This document shows, piece after piece, positions 14,913-32,463 of a stretch of DNA of 64,000 nt (within the stretch, counting starts at the first letter, position 1; every line of letters begins with the position of its first letter). The notes beneath the pieces are model-generated. The model was not told the origin of the DNA. It did not search any database and saw only the letters and a list, made by a program, of their open reading frames with translations. Made by a program: the position numbers and the translations under genes. Source of the DNA: Escherichia coli (lineage in GTDB: Bacteria; Pseudomonadota; Gammaproteobacteria; Enterobacterales; Enterobacteriaceae); the NCBI RefSeq assembly GCF_002854065.1, contig NZ_CP024147.1. One strand, written 5' to 3'.

Positions 14913-15988
14913 TTTGGCTGGCCGAACATTTGGTCAAATATTATTCCGGCTTTAACGTCTTTTCCTATCTGACGTTTCGCGCCATCGTCAGCCTGCTGAC
15001 CGCGCTGTTCATCTCATTGTGGATGGGCCCGCGTATGATTGCTCATTTGCAAAAACTTTCCTTTGGTCAGGTGGTGCGTAACGACGGTCCTGAATCACAC
15101 TTCAGCAAGCGCGGTACGCCGACCATGGGCGGGATTATGATCCTGACGGCGATTGTGATCTCCGTACTGCTGTGGGCTTACCCGTCCAATCCGTACGTCT
15201 GGTGCGTGTTGGTGGTGCTGGTAGGTTACGGTGTTATTGGCTTTGTTGATGATTATCGCAAAGTGGTGCGTAAAGACACCAAAGGGTTGATCGCTCGTTG
15301 GAAGTATTTCTGGATGTCGGTCATTGCGCTGGGTGTCGCCTTCGCGCTGTACCTTGTTGGCAAAGACACGCCCGCAACGCAGCTGGTGGTCCCATTCTTT
15401 AAAGATGTGATGCCGCAACTGGGGCTGTTCTACATTCTGCTGGCTTACTTCGTCATTGTGGGTACTGGCAACGCGGTAAACCTGACCGATGGTCTTGACG
15501 GTCTGGCAATTATGCCGACCGTATTTGTCGCCGGTGGTTTTGCGCTGGTGGCGTGGGCGACCGGCAACATGAACTTTGCCAGCTATTTACACATACCGTA
15601 TCTGCGACACGCCGGGGAATTGGTTATTGTCTGTACCGCGATAGTCGGGGCAGGACTGGGCTTCCTGTGGTTTAACACCTATCCGGCGCAGGTCTTTATG
15701 GGCGATGTAGGTTCGCTGGCGTTAGGTGGTGCGTTAGGCATTATCGCCGTACTGCTACGTCAGGAATTCCTGCTGGTGATTATGGGGGGCGTGTTCGTGG
15801 TAGAAACGCTTTCTGTCATCCTGCAGGTCGGCTCCTTTAAACTGCGCGGACAACGTATTTTCCGCATGGCACCGATTCATCACCACTATGAACTGAAAGG
15901 CTGGCCGGAACCGCGCGTCATTGTGCGTTTCTGGATTATTTCGCTGATGCTGGTCCTGATTGGTCTGGCAACGCTGAAGGTACGTTAA
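14906..15988 (+). CDS. mraY: phospho-MurNAc-pentapeptide translocase
   Basis: 360-aa multi-[36 protein letters not shown]...; 7-nt overlap with murF. Confidence 0.96.
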
Positions 15989-15990
15989 TC

Positions 15991-17307
15991 ATGGCTGATT
16001 ACCAGGGTAAAAATGTTGTCATTATCGGCCTGGGCCTCACCGGGCTTTCCTGCGTGGACTTTTTCCTCGCTCGCGGTGTGACGCCGCGCGTTATGGATAC
16101 GCGTATGACACCGCCTGGCCTGGATAAATTACCCGAAGCCGTTGAACGCCACACGGGCAGTCTGAATGATGAATGGCTGATGGCGGCAGATCTGATTGTC
16201 GCCAGTCCCGGTATTGCACTGGCGCATCCATCCTTAAGCGCTGCCGCTGATGCCGGAATCGAAATCGTTGGCGATATCGAGCTGTTCTGTCGCGAAGCAC
16301 AAGCACCGATTGTGGCGATTACCGGTTCTAACGGCAAAAGCACGGTCACCACGCTAGTGGGTGAAATGGCGAAAGCGGCGGGGGTTAACGTTGGTGTGGG
16401 TGGCAATATTGGCCTGCCTGCGTTGATGCTACTGGATGATGAGTGTGAACTGTACGTGCTGGAACTGTCGAGCTTCCAGCTGGAAACCACCTCCAGCTTA
16501 CAGGCGGTAGCAGCGACCATTCTGAACGTGACTGAAGATCATATGGATCGCTATCCGTTTGGTTTACAACAGTATCGTGCAGCAAAACTGCGCATTTACG
16601 AAAACGCGAAAGTTTGCGTGGTTAATGCTGATGATGCCTTAACAATGCCGATTCGCGGTGCGGATGAACGCTGCGTCAGCTTTGGCGTCAACATGGGTGA
16701 CTATCACCTGAATCATCAGCAGGGCGAAACCTGGCTGCGGGTGAAAGGCGAGAAAGTGCTGAACGTGAAAGAAATGAAACTTTCCGGGCAGCATAACTAC
16801 ACCAATGCGCTCGCAGCACTGGCACTGGCAGACGCAGCTGGTTTGCCGCGCGCCAGCAGCCTGAAAGCATTAACCACATTCACTGGTCTGCCGCATCGCT
16901 TTGAAGTTGTGCTGGAGCATAACGGCGTACGTTGGATTAACGATTCAAAAGCGACCAACGTCGGCAGTACGGAAGCGGCGCTGAATGGCCTGCACGTAGA
17001 CGGCACGCTGCATTTGTTGCTGGGCGGCGATGGTAAATCGGCGGACTTTAGCCCACTGGCGCGTTACCTGAATGGCGATAACGTACGTCTGTATTGTTTC
17101 GGTCGTGACGGCGTGCAGCTGGCGGCGCTACGCCCGGAAGTGGCAGAACAAACCGAAACTATGGAACAGGCGATGCGCTTGCTGGCTCCGCGTGTTCAGC
17201 CGGGCGATATGGTTCTACTCTCCCCGGCCTGTGCCAGCCTTGATCAGTTCAAGAACTTTGAACAACGAGGCAATGAGTTTGCCCGTCTGGCGAAGGAGTT
17301 AGGTTGA
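15991..17307 (+). CDS. murD: UDP-MurNAc-L-Ala:D-Glu ligase
   Basis: 438-aa [28 protein letters not shown]...; ITGSNGKST motif. Confidence 0.96.
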
Positions 17308-18551
17308 TGCGTTTATCTCTCCCTCGCCTGAAAATGCCGCGCCTGCCAGGATTCAGTATCCTGGTCTGGATCTCCACGGCGCTAAAGGGCTGGGTGATGG
17401 GCTCGCGGGAAAAAGATACCGACAGCCTGATCATGTACGATCGCACCTTACTGTGGCTGACCTTCGGCCTCGCGGCGATTGGCTTTATCATGGTGACCTC
17501 GGCGTCAATGCCCATAGGGCAACGCTTAACCAACGATCCGTTCTTCTTCGCGAAGCGTGATGGTGTCTATCTGATTTTGGCGTTTATTCTGGCGATCATT
17601 ACGCTGCGTCTGCCGATGGAGTTCTGGCAACGCTACAGTGCCACGATGCTGCTCGGATCTATCATCCTGCTGATGATCGTCCTGGTAGTGGGTAGCTCGG
17701 TTAAAGGGGCATCGCGTTGGATCGATCTCGGTTTGCTGCGTATCCAGCCTGCGGAGCTGACAAAACTGTCGCTGTTTTGCTATATCGCTAACTATCTGGT
17801 GCGTAAAGGCGACGAAGTACGTAATAACCTGCGCGGCTTCCTGAAACCGATGGGCGTGATTCTGGTGTTGGCAGTGTTACTGCTGGCACAGCCAGACCTT
17901 GGTACGGTGGTGGTGTTGTTTGTGACTACGCTGGCGATGTTGTTCCTGGCGGGAGCGAAATTGTGGCAGTTCATTGCCATTATCAGTATGGGCATTTCAG
18001 CGGTTGTGTTGCTGATACTCGCCGAACCGTACCGTATCCGCCGTGTTACCGCATTCTGGAACCCGTGGGAAGATCCCTTTGGCAGCGGCTATCAGTTAAC
18101 GCAATCGCTGATGGCTTTTGGTCGCGGCGAACTGTGGGGACAAGGTTTAGGTAACTCGGTACAAAAACTGGAGTATCTGCCGGAAGCGCACACTGACTTT
18201 ATTTTCGCCATTATCGGCGAAGAACTGGGGTATGTCGGTGTGGTGCTGGCACTTTTAATGGTATTCTTCGTCGCTTTTCGTGCGATGTCGATTGGCCGCA
18301 AAGCGTTAGAAATTGACCACCGTTTTTCCGGTTTTCTCGCCTGTTCCATTGGCATCTGGTTTAGCTTCCAGGCGCTGGTTAACGTAGGCGCGGCGGCGGG
18401 GATGTTACCGACCAAAGGTCTGACATTGCCGCTGATCAGTTACGGTGGTTCGAGCTTACTGATTATGTCGACAGCCATCATGATGCTGTTGCGTATTGAT
18501 TATGAAACGCGTCTGGAGAAAGCGCAGGCGTTTGTACGAGGTTCACGATGA
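17307..18551 (+). CDS. ftsW: peptidoglycan glycosyltransferase / lipid II flippase FtsW (SEDS family)
   Basis: Track ORF 17304..18551 starts at a TTG; I prefer the ATG at 17307 ([21 protein letters not shown]..., 414 aa), which shares 1 nt with the murD stop. Confidence 0.93.
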   Translation: MRLSLPRLKMPRLPGFSILVWISTALKGWVMGSREKDTDSLIMYDRTLLWLTFGLAAIGFIMVTSASMPIGQRLTNDPFFFAKRDGVYLILAFILAIITLRLPMEFWQRYSATMLLGSIILLMIVLVVGSSVKGASRWIDLGLLRIQPAELTKLSLFCYIANYLVRKGDEVRNNLRGFLKPMGVILVLAVLLLAQPDLGTVVVLFVTTLAMLFLAGAKLWQFIAIISMGISAVVLLILAEPYRIRRVTAFWNPWEDPFGSGYQLTQSLMAFGRGELWGQGLGNSVQKLEYLPEAHTDFIFAIIGEELGYVGVVLALLMVFFVAFRAMSIGRKALEIDHRFSGFLACSIGIWFSFQALVNVGAAAGMLPTKGLTLPLISYGGSSLLIMSTAIMMLLRIDYETRLEKAQAFVRGSR

Positions 18552-19615
18552 GTGGTCAAGGAAAGCGATTAATGGTGATGGCAGGCGGAACCGGTGGACA
18601 TGTATTCCCGGGACTGGCGGTTGCGCACCATCTAATGGCTCAGGGTTGGCAAGTTCGCTGGCTGGGGACTGCCGACCGTATGGAAGCGGACTTAGTGCCA
18701 AAACATGGCATCGAAATTGATTTCATTCGTATCTCTGGTCTGCGTGGAAAAGGTATAAAAGCACTGATAGCTGCGCCGCTGCGTATCTTCAATGCCTGGC
18801 GTCAGGCGCGGGCGATTATGAAAGCGTACAAACCTGACGTGGTGCTCGGTATGGGCGGCTACGTATCAGGTCCTGGTGGTCTGGCCGCGTGGTCGTTAGG
18901 CATTCCGGTTGTACTTCATGAACAAAACGGTATTGCGGGCTTAACCAATAAATGGCTGGCGAAGATTGCCACCAAAGTGATGCAGGCGTTTCCAGGTGCT
19001 TTCCCCAATGCGGAAGTGGTGGGTAACCCGGTGCGTACCGATGTGTTGGCGCTACCGTTGCCGCAGCAACGTTTGGCTGGACGTGAAGGTCCGGTTCGTG
19101 TGCTGGTAGTGGGTGGTTCCCAGGGCGCACGCATTCTTAACCAGACAATGCCGCAGGTTGCTGCGAAACTGGGTGATTCAGTCACTATCTGGCATCAGAG
19201 CGGCAAAGGTTCGCAACAATCCGTTGAACAGGCGTATGCCGAAGCGGGGCAACCGCAGCATAAAGTGACGGAATTTATTGATGATATGGCGGCGGCGTAT
19301 GCGTGGGCGGATGTCGTCGTTTGCCGCTCCGGTGCGTTAACGGTGAGTGAAATCGCCGCGGCAGGACTACCGGCGTTGTTTGTGCCGTTTCAACATAAAG
19401 ACCGCCAGCAATACTGGAATGCGCTACCGCTGGAAAAAGCGGGCGCAGCCAAAATTATCGAGCAGCCACAGCTTAGCGTGGATGCTGTCGCCAACACCCT
19501 GGCCGGGTGGTCGCGAGAAACCTTATTAACCATGGCAGAACGCGCCCGCGCTGCATCCATTCCGGATGCCACCGAGCGAGTGGCAAATGAAGTGAGCCGG
19601 GCTGCCCGGGCGTAA
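18548..19615 (+). CDS. murG: UDP-GlcNAc:lipid I GlcNAc transferase
   Basis: 355-aa [32 protein letters not shown]...; 4-nt overlap with ftsW. Confidence 0.96.
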   Translation: MSGQGKRLMVMAGGTGGHVFPGLAVAHHLMAQGWQVRWLGTADRMEADLVPKHGIEIDFIRISGLRGKGIKALIAAPLRIFNAWRQARAIMKAYKPDVVLGMGGYVSGPGGLAAWSLGIPVVLHEQNGIAGLTNKWLAKIATKVMQAFPGAFPNAEVVGNPVRTDVLALPLPQQRLAGREGPVRVLVVGGSQGARILNQTMPQVAAKLGDSVTIWHQSGKGSQQSVEQAYAEAGQPQHKVTEFIDDMAAAYAWADVVVCRSGALTVSEIAAAGLPALFVPFQHKDRQQYWNALPLEKAGAAKIIEQPQLSVDAVANTLAGWSRETLLTMAERARAASIPDATERVANEVSRAARA

Positions 19616-19668
19616 TTGTAGCGATGCCTTTTGCATCGTATGAATTTAAGAAGTTAATGGCGTAAAGA

Positions 19669-22057
<2,389 letters not shown>

Positions 22058-22058
22058 T

Positions 22059-22889
22059 ATGTCGCAGGCTGCTCTGAACACGCGAAATAGCGAAGAAGAG
22101 GTTTCTTCTCGCCGCAATAATGGAACGCGTCTGGCGGGGATCCTTTTCCTGCTGACCGTTTTAACGACAGTGTTGGTGAGCGGCTGGGTCGTGTTGGGCT
22201 GGATGGAAGATGCGCAACGCCTGCCGCTCTCAAAGCTGGTGTTGACCGGTGAACGGCATTACACGCGTAATGACGATATCCGGCAGTCGATCCTGGCATT
22301 GGGTGAGCCAGGTACCTTTATGACCCAGGATGTCAACATCATCCAGACGCAAATAGAACAACGCCTGCCGTGGATTAAGCAGGTGAGCGTCAGAAAGCAG
22401 TGGCCTGATGAATTGAAGATTCATCTGGTTGAATATGTGCCGATTGCGCGGTGGAATGATCAACATATGGTAGACGCGGAAGGAAACACCTTCAGCGTGC
22501 CGCCAGATCGCACCAGCAAGCAGGTGCTTCCAATGCTGTATGGCCCGGAAGGCAGCGCCAATGAAGTGTTGCAGGGCTATCGCGAAATGGGGCAGATGCT
22601 GGCAAAGGACAGATTTACTCTGAAGGAAGCGGCGATGACCGCGCGGCGTTCCTGGCAGTTGACGCTGAATAACGATATTAAGCTCAATCTTGGCCGGGGC
22701 GATACGATGAAACGTTTGGCTCGCTTTGTAGAACTTTATCCGGTTTTACAGCAGCAGGCGCAAACCGATGGCAAACGGATTAGCTACGTTGATTTGCGTT
22801 ATGACTCTGGAGCGGCAGTAGGCTGGGCGCCATTGCCGCCAGAGGAATCTACTCAGCAACAAAATCAGGCACAGGCAGAACAACAATGA
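22059..22889 (+). CDS. ftsQ: cell division protein FtsQ
   Basis: 276-aa [38 protein letters not shown]...; starts 1 nt after the ddlB stop. Confidence 0.95.
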   Translation: MSQAALNTRNSEEEVSSRRNNGTRLAGILFLLTVLTTVLVSGWVVLGWMEDAQRLPLSKLVLTGERHYTRNDDIRQSILALGEPGTFMTQDVNIIQTQIEQRLPWIKQVSVRKQWPDELKIHLVEYVPIARWNDQHMVDAEGNTFSVPPDRTSKQVLPMLYGPEGSANEVLQGYREMGQMLAKDRFTLKEAAMTARRSWQLTLNNDIKLNLGRGDTMKRLARFVELYPVLQQQAQTDGKRISYVDLRYDSGAAVGWAPLPPEESTQQQNQAQAEQQ

Positions 22890-24148
22890 TCAAGGCGACG
22901 GACAGAAAACTGGTAGTAGGACTGGAGATTGGTACCGCGAAGGTTGCCGCTTTAGTAGGGGAAGTTCTGCCCGACGGTATGGTCAATATCATTGGCGTGG
23001 GCAGCTGCCCGTCGCGTGGTATGGATAAAGGCGGGGTGAACGACCTCGAATCCGTGGTCAAGTGCGTACAACGTGCCATTGACCAGGCTGAATTGATGGC
23101 AGATTGTCAGATCTCTTCGGTATATCTGGCGCTTTCTGGTAAGCACATCAGCTGCCAGAATGAAATTGGTATGGTGCCTATTTCTGAAGAAGAAGTAACG
23201 CAAGAAGATGTGGAAAACGTCGTCCATACCGCGAAATCGGTGCGTGTGCGCGATGAGCATCGTGTACTGCATGTGATCCCGCAAGAGTATGCGATTGACT
23301 ATCAGGAAGGGATCAAGAATCCGGTAGGACTTTCGGGCGTCCGGATGCAGGCAAAAGTGCACCTGATCACATGTCACAACGATATGGCGAAAAACATCGT
23401 CAAAGCGGTTGAACGTTGTGGGCTGAAAGTTGACCAACTGATATTTGCCGGACTGGCATCAAGTTATTCGGTATTGACGGAAGATGAACGTGAACTGGGT
23501 GTCTGCGTCGTCGATATCGGTGGTGGTACAATGGATATCGCCGTTTATACCGGTGGGGCATTGCGCCACACTAAGGTAATTCCTTATGCTGGCAATGTCG
23601 TGACCAGTGATATCGCTTACGCCTTTGGCACGCCGCCAAGCGACGCCGAAGCGATTAAAGTTCGCCACGGTTGTGCGCTGGGTTCCATCGTTGGAAAAGA
23701 TGAGAGCGTGGAAGTGCCGAGCGTAGGCGGTCGTCCGCCGCGGAGTCTGCAACGTCAGACCCTGGCAGAGGTGATCGAGCCGCGCTATACCGAGCTGCTC
23801 AACCTGGTCAACGAAGAGATATTGCAATTGCAGGAAAAGCTTCGCCAACAAGGGGTTAAACATCACCTGGCGGCAGGCATTGTATTAACCGGTGGCGCAG
23901 CGCAGATCGAAGGTCTTGCAGCCTGTGCTCAGCGCGTGTTTCATACGCAAGTGCGTATCGGCGCGCCGCTGAACATTACCGGTTTAACGGATTATGCTCA
24001 GGAGCCGTATTATTCGACGGCGGTGGGATTGCTTCACTATGGGAAAGAGTCACATCTTAACGGTGAAGCTGAAGTAGAAAAACGTGTTACAGCATCAGTT
24101 GGCTCGTGGATCAAGCGACTCAATAGTTGGCTGCGAAAAGAGTTTTAA
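22886..24148 (+). CDS. ftsA: cell division protein FtsA (actin-like ATPase)
   Basis: 420-aa [34 protein letters not shown]...; 4-nt overlap with ftsQ. Confidence 0.97.
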   Translation: MIKATDRKLVVGLEIGTAKVAALVGEVLPDGMVNIIGVGSCPSRGMDKGGVNDLESVVKCVQRAIDQAELMADCQISSVYLALSGKHISCQNEIGMVPISEEEVTQEDVENVVHTAKSVRVRDEHRVLHVIPQEYAIDYQEGIKNPVGLSGVRMQAKVHLITCHNDMAKNIVKAVERCGLKVDQLIFAGLASSYSVLTEDERELGVCVVDIGGGTMDIAVYTGGALRHTKVIPYAGNVVTSDIAYAFGTPPSDAEAIKVRHGCALGSIVGKDESVEVPSVGGRPPRSLQRQTLAEVIEPRYTELLNLVNEEILQLQEKLRQQGVKHHLAAGIVLTGGAAQIEGLAACAQRVFHTQVRIGAPLNITGLTDYAQEPYYSTAVGLLHYGKESHLNGEAEVEKRVTASVGSWIKRLNSWLRKEF

Positions 24149-24208
24149 TTTTTATGAGGCCGACGATGATTACGGCCTCAGGCGACAGGCACAAATCGGA
24201 GAGAAACT

Positions 24209-25360
24209 ATGTTTGAACCAATGGAACTTACCAATGACGCGGTGATTAAAGTCATCGGCGTCGGCGGCGGCGGCGGTAATGCTGTTGAACACATGGTGCG
24301 CGAGCGCATTGAAGGTGTTGAATTCTTCGCGGTAAATACCGATGCACAAGCGCTGCGTAAAACAGCGGTTGGACAGACGATTCAAATCGGTAGCGGTATC
24401 ACCAAAGGACTGGGCGCAGGCGCTAATCCAGAAGTTGGCCGCAATGCGGCTGATGAGGATCGCGATGCACTGCGTGCGGCGCTGGAAGGTGCAGACATGG
24501 TCTTTATTGCTGCGGGTATGGGTGGTGGTACCGGTACAGGTGCAGCACCAGTCGTCGCTGAAGTGGCAAAAGATTTGGGTATCCTGACCGTTGCTGTCGT
24601 CACTAAGCCTTTCAACTTTGAAGGCAAGAAGCGTATGGCATTCGCGGAGCAGGGGATCACTGAACTGTCCAAGCATGTGGACTCTCTGATCACTATCCCG
24701 AACGACAAACTGCTGAAAGTTCTGGGCCGCGGTATCTCCCTGCTGGATGCGTTTGGCGCAGCGAACGATGTACTGAAAGGCGCTGTGCAAGGTATCGCTG
24801 AACTGATTACTCGTCCGGGTTTGATGAACGTGGACTTTGCAGACGTACGCACCGTAATGTCTGAAATGGGCTACGCAATGATGGGTTCTGGCGTGGCGAG
24901 CGGTGAAGACCGTGCGGAAGAAGCTGCTGAAATGGCTATCTCTTCTCCGCTGCTGGAAGATATCGACCTGTCTGGCGCACGCGGCGTGCTGGTTAACATC
25001 ACAGCGGGCTTCGACCTGCGTCTGGATGAGTTCGAAACGGTAGGTAACACCATCCGTGCATTTGCTTCCGACAACGCGACCGTGGTTATCGGTACTTCTC
25101 TTGACCCGGATATGAATGACGAGCTGCGCGTAACTGTTGTTGCGACAGGTATCGGCATGGACAAACGTCCTGAAATCACTCTGGTGACCAATAAGCAGGT
25201 TCAGCAGCCAGTGATGGATCGCTACCAGCAGCACGGGATGGCTCCGCTGACCCAGGAGCAGAAGCCGATTGCTAAAGTCGTGAATGACAATGCGCCGCAA
25301 ACTGCGAAAGAGCCGGATTATCTGGATATTCCAGCATTCCTGCGTAAGCAAGCTGATTAA
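24209..25360 (+). CDS. ftsZ: cell division GTPase FtsZ (tubulin homologue)
   Basis: 383-aa [32 protein letters not shown]... with the GGGTGTG tubulin signature. Confidence 0.98.
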   Translation: MFEPMELTNDAVIKVIGVGGGGGNAVEHMVRERIEGVEFFAVNTDAQALRKTAVGQTIQIGSGITKGLGAGANPEVGRNAADEDRDALRAALEGADMVFIAAGMGGGTGTGAAPVVAEVAKDLGILTVAVVTKPFNFEGKKRMAFAEQGITELSKHVDSLITIPNDKLLKVLGRGISLLDAFGAANDVLKGAVQGIAELITRPGLMNVDFADVRTVMSEMGYAMMGSGVASGEDRAEEAAEMAISSPLLEDIDLSGARGVLVNITAGFDLRLDEFETVGNTIRAFASDNATVVIGTSLDPDMNDELRVTVVATGIGMDKRPEITLVTNKQVQQPVMDRYQQHGMAPLTQEQKPIAKVVNDNAPQTAKEPDYLDIPAFLRKQAD

Positions 25361-25439
25361 GAATTGACTGGAATTTGGGTTTCGAGGCTCTTTGTGCTAA
25401 ACTGGCCCGCCGAATGTATAGTACACTTCGGTTGGATAG

Positions 25440-27121
<1,682 letters not shown>

Positions 27122-27182
27122 CAACAATAAACCTTTACTTCATTTTATTAACTCCGCAACGCGGGGCGTTTGAGATTTTATT

Positions 27183-29888
27183 ATGCTAATCAAATTATTA
27201 ACTAAAGTTTTCGGTAGTCGTAACGATCGCACCCTGCGCCGGATGCGCAAAGTGGTCAACATCATCAATGCCATGGAACCGGAGATGGAAAAACTCTCCG
27301 ACGAAGAACTGAAAGGGAAAACCGCAGAGTTTCGTGCGCGTCTGGAAAAAGGCGAAGTGCTGGAAAATCTGATCCCGGAAGCTTTCGCCGTGGTGCGTGA
27401 GGCAAGTAAGCGCGTCTTTGGCATGCGTCACTTCGACGTACAGCTGCTCGGCGGTATGGTTCTTAACGAACGCTGCATCGCCGAAATGCGTACCGGTGAA
27501 GGTAAAACCCTGACCGCAACGCTGCCTGCTTACCTGAACGCACTAACCGGTAAAGGCGTGCATGTAGTTACCGTCAACGACTACCTGGCGCAACGTGACG
27601 CCGAAAACAACCGTCCGCTGTTTGAATTCCTTGGCCTGACTGTCGGTATCAACCTGCCGGGCATGCCAGCACCGGCAAAGCGCGAAGCTTACGCAGCTGA
27701 CATCACTTACGGTACGAACAACGAATACGGCTTTGACTACCTGCGCGACAACATGGCGTTCAGCCCTGAAGAACGTGTACAGCGTAAACTGCACTATGCG
27801 TTGGTGGACGAAGTGGACTCCATCCTGATCGATGAAGCGCGTACACCGCTGATCATTTCCGGCCCGGCAGAAGACAGCTCGGAAATGTATAAACGCGTGA
27901 ATAAAATTATTCCGCACCTGATCCGTCAGGAAAAAGAAGACTCCGAAACCTTCCAGGGTGAAGGCCACTTCTCGGTGGATGAAAAATCTCGCCAGGTGAA
28001 CCTGACCGAACGTGGTCTGGTGCTGATTGAAGAACTGCTGGTGAAAGAGGGCATCATGGATGAAGGGGAGTCTCTGTACTCTCCGGCCAACATCATGCTG
28101 ATGCATCACGTAACGGCGGCGCTGCGCGCTCATGCGCTGTTTACCCGTGACGTCGACTACATCGTTAAAGATGGTGAAGTTATCATCGTTGACGAACACA
28201 CCGGTCGTACCATGCAGGGCCGTCGCTGGTCCGATGGTCTGCACCAGGCTGTGGAAGCGAAAGAAGGTGTGCAGATCCAGAACGAAAACCAAACGCTGGC
28301 TTCGATCACCTTCCAGAACTACTTCCGTCTGTATGAAAAACTGGCGGGGATGACCGGTACTGCTGATACCGAAGCTTTCGAATTTAGCTCCATCTACAAA
28401 CTGGATACCGTCGTTGTTCCGACCAACCGTCCAATGATTCGTAAAGATTTGCCGGACCTGGTCTACATGACTGAAGCGGAAAAAATTCAGGCGATCATTG
28501 AAGATATCAAAGAACGTACTGCGAAAGGCCAGCCGGTGCTGGTGGGTACTATCTCCATCGAAAAATCGGAGCTGGTGTCAAACGAACTGACCAAAGCCGG
28601 TATTAAGCACAATGTCCTGAACGCCAAATTCCACGCCAACGAAGCGGCGATTGTTGCTCAGGCAGGTTATCCGGCTGCGGTGACTATCGCGACCAACATG
28701 GCGGGTCGTGGTACAGATATTGTGCTCGGTGGTAGCTGGCAGGCAGAAGTTGCCGCGCTGGAAAATCCGACCGCAGAGCAAATTGAAAAAATTAAAGCCG
28801 ACTGGCAGGTACGTCACGATGCGGTACTGGCAGCAGGTGGCCTGCATATCATCGGTACCGAGCGTCACGAATCCCGTCGTATCGATAACCAGTTGCGTGG
28901 TCGTTCTGGTCGTCAGGGGGATGCTGGTTCTTCCCGTTTCTACCTGTCGATGGAAGATGCGCTGATGCGTATTTTTGCTTCCGACCGAGTATCCGGCATG
29001 ATGCGTAAACTGGGTATGAAGCCAGGCGAAGCCATTGAACACCCGTGGGTGACCAAAGCGATTGCTAACGCCCAGCGTAAAGTTGAAAGCCGTAACTTCG
29101 ACATTCGTAAGCAACTGCTGGAATATGATGACGTGGCTAACGATCAGCGTCGCGCCATTTACTCCCAGCGTAACGAATTGCTGGATGTTAGCGATGTGAG
29201 CGAAACCATTAACAGCATTCGTGAAGATGTGTTCAAAGCGACCATTGATGCCTACATTCCACCACAGTCGCTGGAAGAAATGTGGGATATTCCGGGGCTG
29301 CAGGAACGTCTGAAGAACGATTTCGACCTCGATTTGCCAATTGCCGAGTGGCTGGATAAAGAACCAGAACTGCATGAAGAGACGCTGCGTGAGCGCATTC
29401 TGGCGCAGTCCATCGAAGTGTATCAGCGTAAAGAAGAAGTGGTTGGTGCTGAGATGATGCGTCACTTCGAGAAAGGCGTCATGCTGCAAACGCTTGACTC
29501 CCTGTGGAAAGAGCACCTGGCAGCGATGGACTATCTGCGTCAGGGTATCCACCTGCGTGGCTATGCACAGAAAGATCCGAAGCAGGAATACAAACGTGAA
29601 TCGTTCTCCATGTTTGCAGCGATGCTGGAGTCGTTGAAATATGAAGTTATCAGTACGCTGAGCAAAGTTCAGGTACGTATGCCTGAAGAGGTTGAGGAGC
29701 TGGAACAACAGCGTCGTATGGAAGCCGAGCGTTTAGCGCAAATGCAGCAGCTTAGCCATCAGGATGACGACTCTGCAGCCGCAGCTGCACTGGCGGCGCA
29801 AACCGGTGAGCGCAAAGTAGGACGTAACGATCCTTGCCCGTGCGGTTCTGGTAAAAAATACAAGCAGTGCCATGGCCGCCTGCAATAA
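27183..29888 (+). CDS. secA: preprotein translocase ATPase SecA
   Basis: 901-aa [46 protein letters not shown]...; C-terminal zinc-binding [14 protein letters not shown]. Confidence 0.98.
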   Translation: MLIKLLTKVFGSRNDRTLRRMRKVVNIINAMEPEMEKLSDEELKGKTAEFRARLEKGEVLENLIPEAFAVVREASKRVFGMRHFDVQLLGGMVLNERCIAEMRTGEGKTLTATLPAYLNALTGKGVHVVTVNDYLAQRDAENNRPLFEFLGLTVGINLPGMPAPAKREAYAADITYGTNNEYGFDYLRDNMAFSPEERVQRKLHYALVDEVDSILIDEARTPLIISGPAEDSSEMYKRVNKIIPHLIRQEKEDSETFQGEGHFSVDEKSRQVNLTERGLVLIEELLVKEGIMDEGESLYSPANIMLMHHVTAALRAHALFTRDVDYIVKDGEVIIVDEHTGRTMQGRRWSDGLHQAVEAKEGVQIQNENQTLASITFQNYFRLYEKLAGMTGTADTEAFEFSSIYKLDTVVVPTNRPMIRKDLPDLVYMTEAEKIQAIIEDIKERTAKGQPVLVGTISIEKSELVSNELTKAGIKHNVLNAKFHANEAAIVAQAGYPAAVTIATNMAGRGTDIVLGGSWQAEVAALENPTAEQIEKIKADWQVRHDAVLAAGGLHIIGTERHESRRIDNQLRGRSGRQGDAGSSRFYLSMEDALMRIFASDRVSGMMRKLGMKPGEAIEHPWVTKAIANAQRKVESRNFDIRKQLLEYDDVANDQRRAIYSQRNELLDVSDVSETINSIREDVFKATIDAYIPPQSLEEMWDIPGLQERLKNDFDLDLPIAEWLDKEPELHEETLRERILAQSIEVYQRKEEVVGAEMMRHFEKGVMLQTLDSLWKEHLAAMDYLRQGIHLRGYAQKDPKQEYKRESFSMFAAMLESLKYEVISTLSKVQVRMPEEVEELEQQRRMEAERLAQMQQLSHQDDDSAAAAALAAQTGERKVGRNDPCPCGSGKKYKQCHGRLQ

Positions 29889-29906
29889 AAGCTAACTGTT
29901 GAAGTA

Positions 29907-29936
29907 AAAGGCGCAGGATTCTGCGCCTTTTTTATA
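29907..29936 (+). terminator. candidate rho-independent terminator/attenuator between secA and mutT
   Basis: ggcgcag gattc tgcgcc hairpin followed by ttttttat, 11 nt before the mutT start. Confidence 0.6.
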
Positions 29937-29947
29937 GGTTTAAGACA

Positions 29948-30334
29948 ATGAAAAAGCTGCAAATTGCGGTAGGTATTATTCGCAACGAGAACAATGAAAT
30001 CTTTATAACGCGTCGCGCAGCAGATGCGCACATGGCGAATAAACTGGAGTTTCCCGGCGGTAAAGTTGAAATGGGTGAAACGCCGGAACAGGCGGTGGTG
30101 CGTGAACTTCAGGAAGAAGTCGGGATTACCCCACAACATTTTTCGCTATTTGAAAAACTGGAATATGAATTCCCGGACAGGCATATAACTCTGTGGTTCT
30201 GGCTGGTCGAAAGCTGGGAAGGGGAGCCGTGGGGTAAAGAAGGGCAACCCGGTAAGTGGATGTCGCTGGTCGGTCTTAATGCCGATGATTTTCCGCCAGC
30301 CAATGAACCGGTAATTGCGAAGCTTAAACGTCTG

Positions 30335-30337
<3 letters not shown>
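29948..30337 (+). CDS. mutT: 8-oxo-dGTP diphosphatase (Nudix)
   Basis: 129-aa ORF MKKLQIAVGIIRNENNEIFITRRAADAHMANKLEFPGGKVEMGETPEQAVVRELQEEVGI (Nudix box). Confidence 0.96.
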
Positions 30338-30665
<328 letters not shown>

Positions 30666-30668
30666 ATG

Positions 30669-30866
30669 TCACTGCTTTGGTTCTTCGCTCCAGTCATCGC
30701 TTTCGGAAAGATCGCCACTGCTGGGGATTCGTTTTTCTTCAGCAGCCCATTCTCCGAGGTCGATCAACTGACAACGTTTGGAGCAAAATGGCCGAAACGG
30801 GCTGATTTCACCCCACACCACCGTTTTCCCGCAGGTTGGGCAATTCACCGTAATAGTTTCTGACAT
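30669..30866 (-). CDS. yacG: DNA gyrase inhibitor YacG (zinc-finger protein)
   Basis: 65-aa [47 protein letters not shown]...; CxxC...CxxC zinc ribbon. Confidence 0.93.
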
Positions 30867-30875
30867 TTTTACTCC

Positions 30876-31619
30876 TTAGCAACAGGCCAGTTCGAAATCC
30901 AGACGTTCCGGTACCTGTCCGTTTTCAGTGTCCAGCGGCATAAAACGAATGGCAAAACGGCTCTTATGTCCGGAAATTTGCGGATAAAGCTGTGAATCGA
31001 GCGACAGATTCAGGCGCAGCAAGTCGGCATCGCCACCGTTATCCTGATAAAAACCATTCAGGCTGGTTTGTTTACGGAAGGGGGCCGACTGGCGAATTAA
31101 ATCCAGCACCATGGTTAGTGCCTGGGTAAGCGGGTTCAGGCTGGCAATCCAGGTTTCTACCTGGCTGTCGCGCTGCGCCTGGGGTAGATGCAGCCAAATG
31201 TGCAATGTTGGTAAATCAAAGCTGCAACAGCCGCCTGGGATGCTCAGTCGCTGACGCACCAGAGCAATCAAACGATCTTCACGTAGAAATTGCCCGATAC
31301 GCGGCGCGGAGATTAATACGCTACCCGCCGCTTTTAACTGCTGAATTAATGCTTCAATACGACTCTGGTCCACGCCGGGCACGCCAATCCAGGTCTGGAG
31401 TTTACGTTGCTGCCGGTCAAGTTCTTTCAACAGCTCAGTGCGGACTTCGCCGCGCTCGAAAACATCCAGTAATTCACTGACATTACGGAAGAAATGCAGC
31501 GCGCCAGCGTGGTCAACGATGGGTAAATTAACGGTGAGTTGCTGAATCAAAAACTCAATGCGCAGCCATGTACGCATTTTTTCATTTAGTGGATGTTCAA
31601 AAAGGACCTGGGTCTGCAT
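30876..31619 (-). CDS. zapD: cell division factor ZapD
   Basis: 247-aa [31 protein letters not shown]... Confidence 0.93.
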
Positions 31620-32239
31620 TACGGTTTTTCCTGTGAGACAAACTGCGACGCAAGCTGCAAATAGTGTGCGTGCAGGCGGGCAACATCCGATGCGATAGCA
31701 TCCGGTGCGCCGTTATTATCAATGACGTCATCTGCCACGGCAAGGCGGGCTTCGCGCGTTGCCTGAGCAGCAAGGATTTGTTCGACATGCTCGCGAGTTA
31801 CATCATCGCGCTGCATGGTGCGCTTAAGTTGCGTTTCTGGGCTGACATCCACCACCAGCACTCGATTCGCTTTTTTATACAGTGAGTTTTCTACCAGCAA
31901 TGGCACAACCCACAGTACATAGGGGGAAGTTGCTTGCTGGATCTGGTGTTGCGTCTCTTGCTGAATCAGCGGATGCAGCAGGGCGTTAAGCCAGTTTTTA
32001 TCTTCCGGGTTGGCGAAGATCCGCTCGCGCAAGGCCCGGCGCTGCAATGTTCCATCAGCAGCAATCATGTTAGCGCCAAAGTGATCAGCAATGGCATGTA
32101 GCGCAGGTGCACCTGGTTCAACCACCTGACGCGCAATAATATCGGCATCAATGACGTTAATTCCGAGATCAGCAAACGCATTGGCAACGGTACTCTTGCC
32201 ACTGCCAATGCCTCCCGTTAAGGCAACTATATACCTCAT
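31619..32239 (-). CDS. coaE: dephospho-CoA kinase
   Basis: 206-aa [36 protein letters not shown]... (P-loop GGIGSGKST); its stop shares 1 nt with the zapD start. Confidence 0.95.
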
Positions 32240-32463
32240 AATTTATATTCCCGGGAATTCATCATGATTATCAAAACGTTAAAAATGAGCGCACGAAAGC
32301 GAAATTGATGAAACGTTCGCTCACTATTTACCAGGTAAATTTATGGGATTGTAGCGTAAAAAAAGACAATTTCGCAGTCTTGCGCCGCATTGATTAGTGC
32401 GTATGATAGCGTCACTGGAGTTGCGCTCTTACCCTTATAGCCATTAACCCCAGGAATCCGCAC

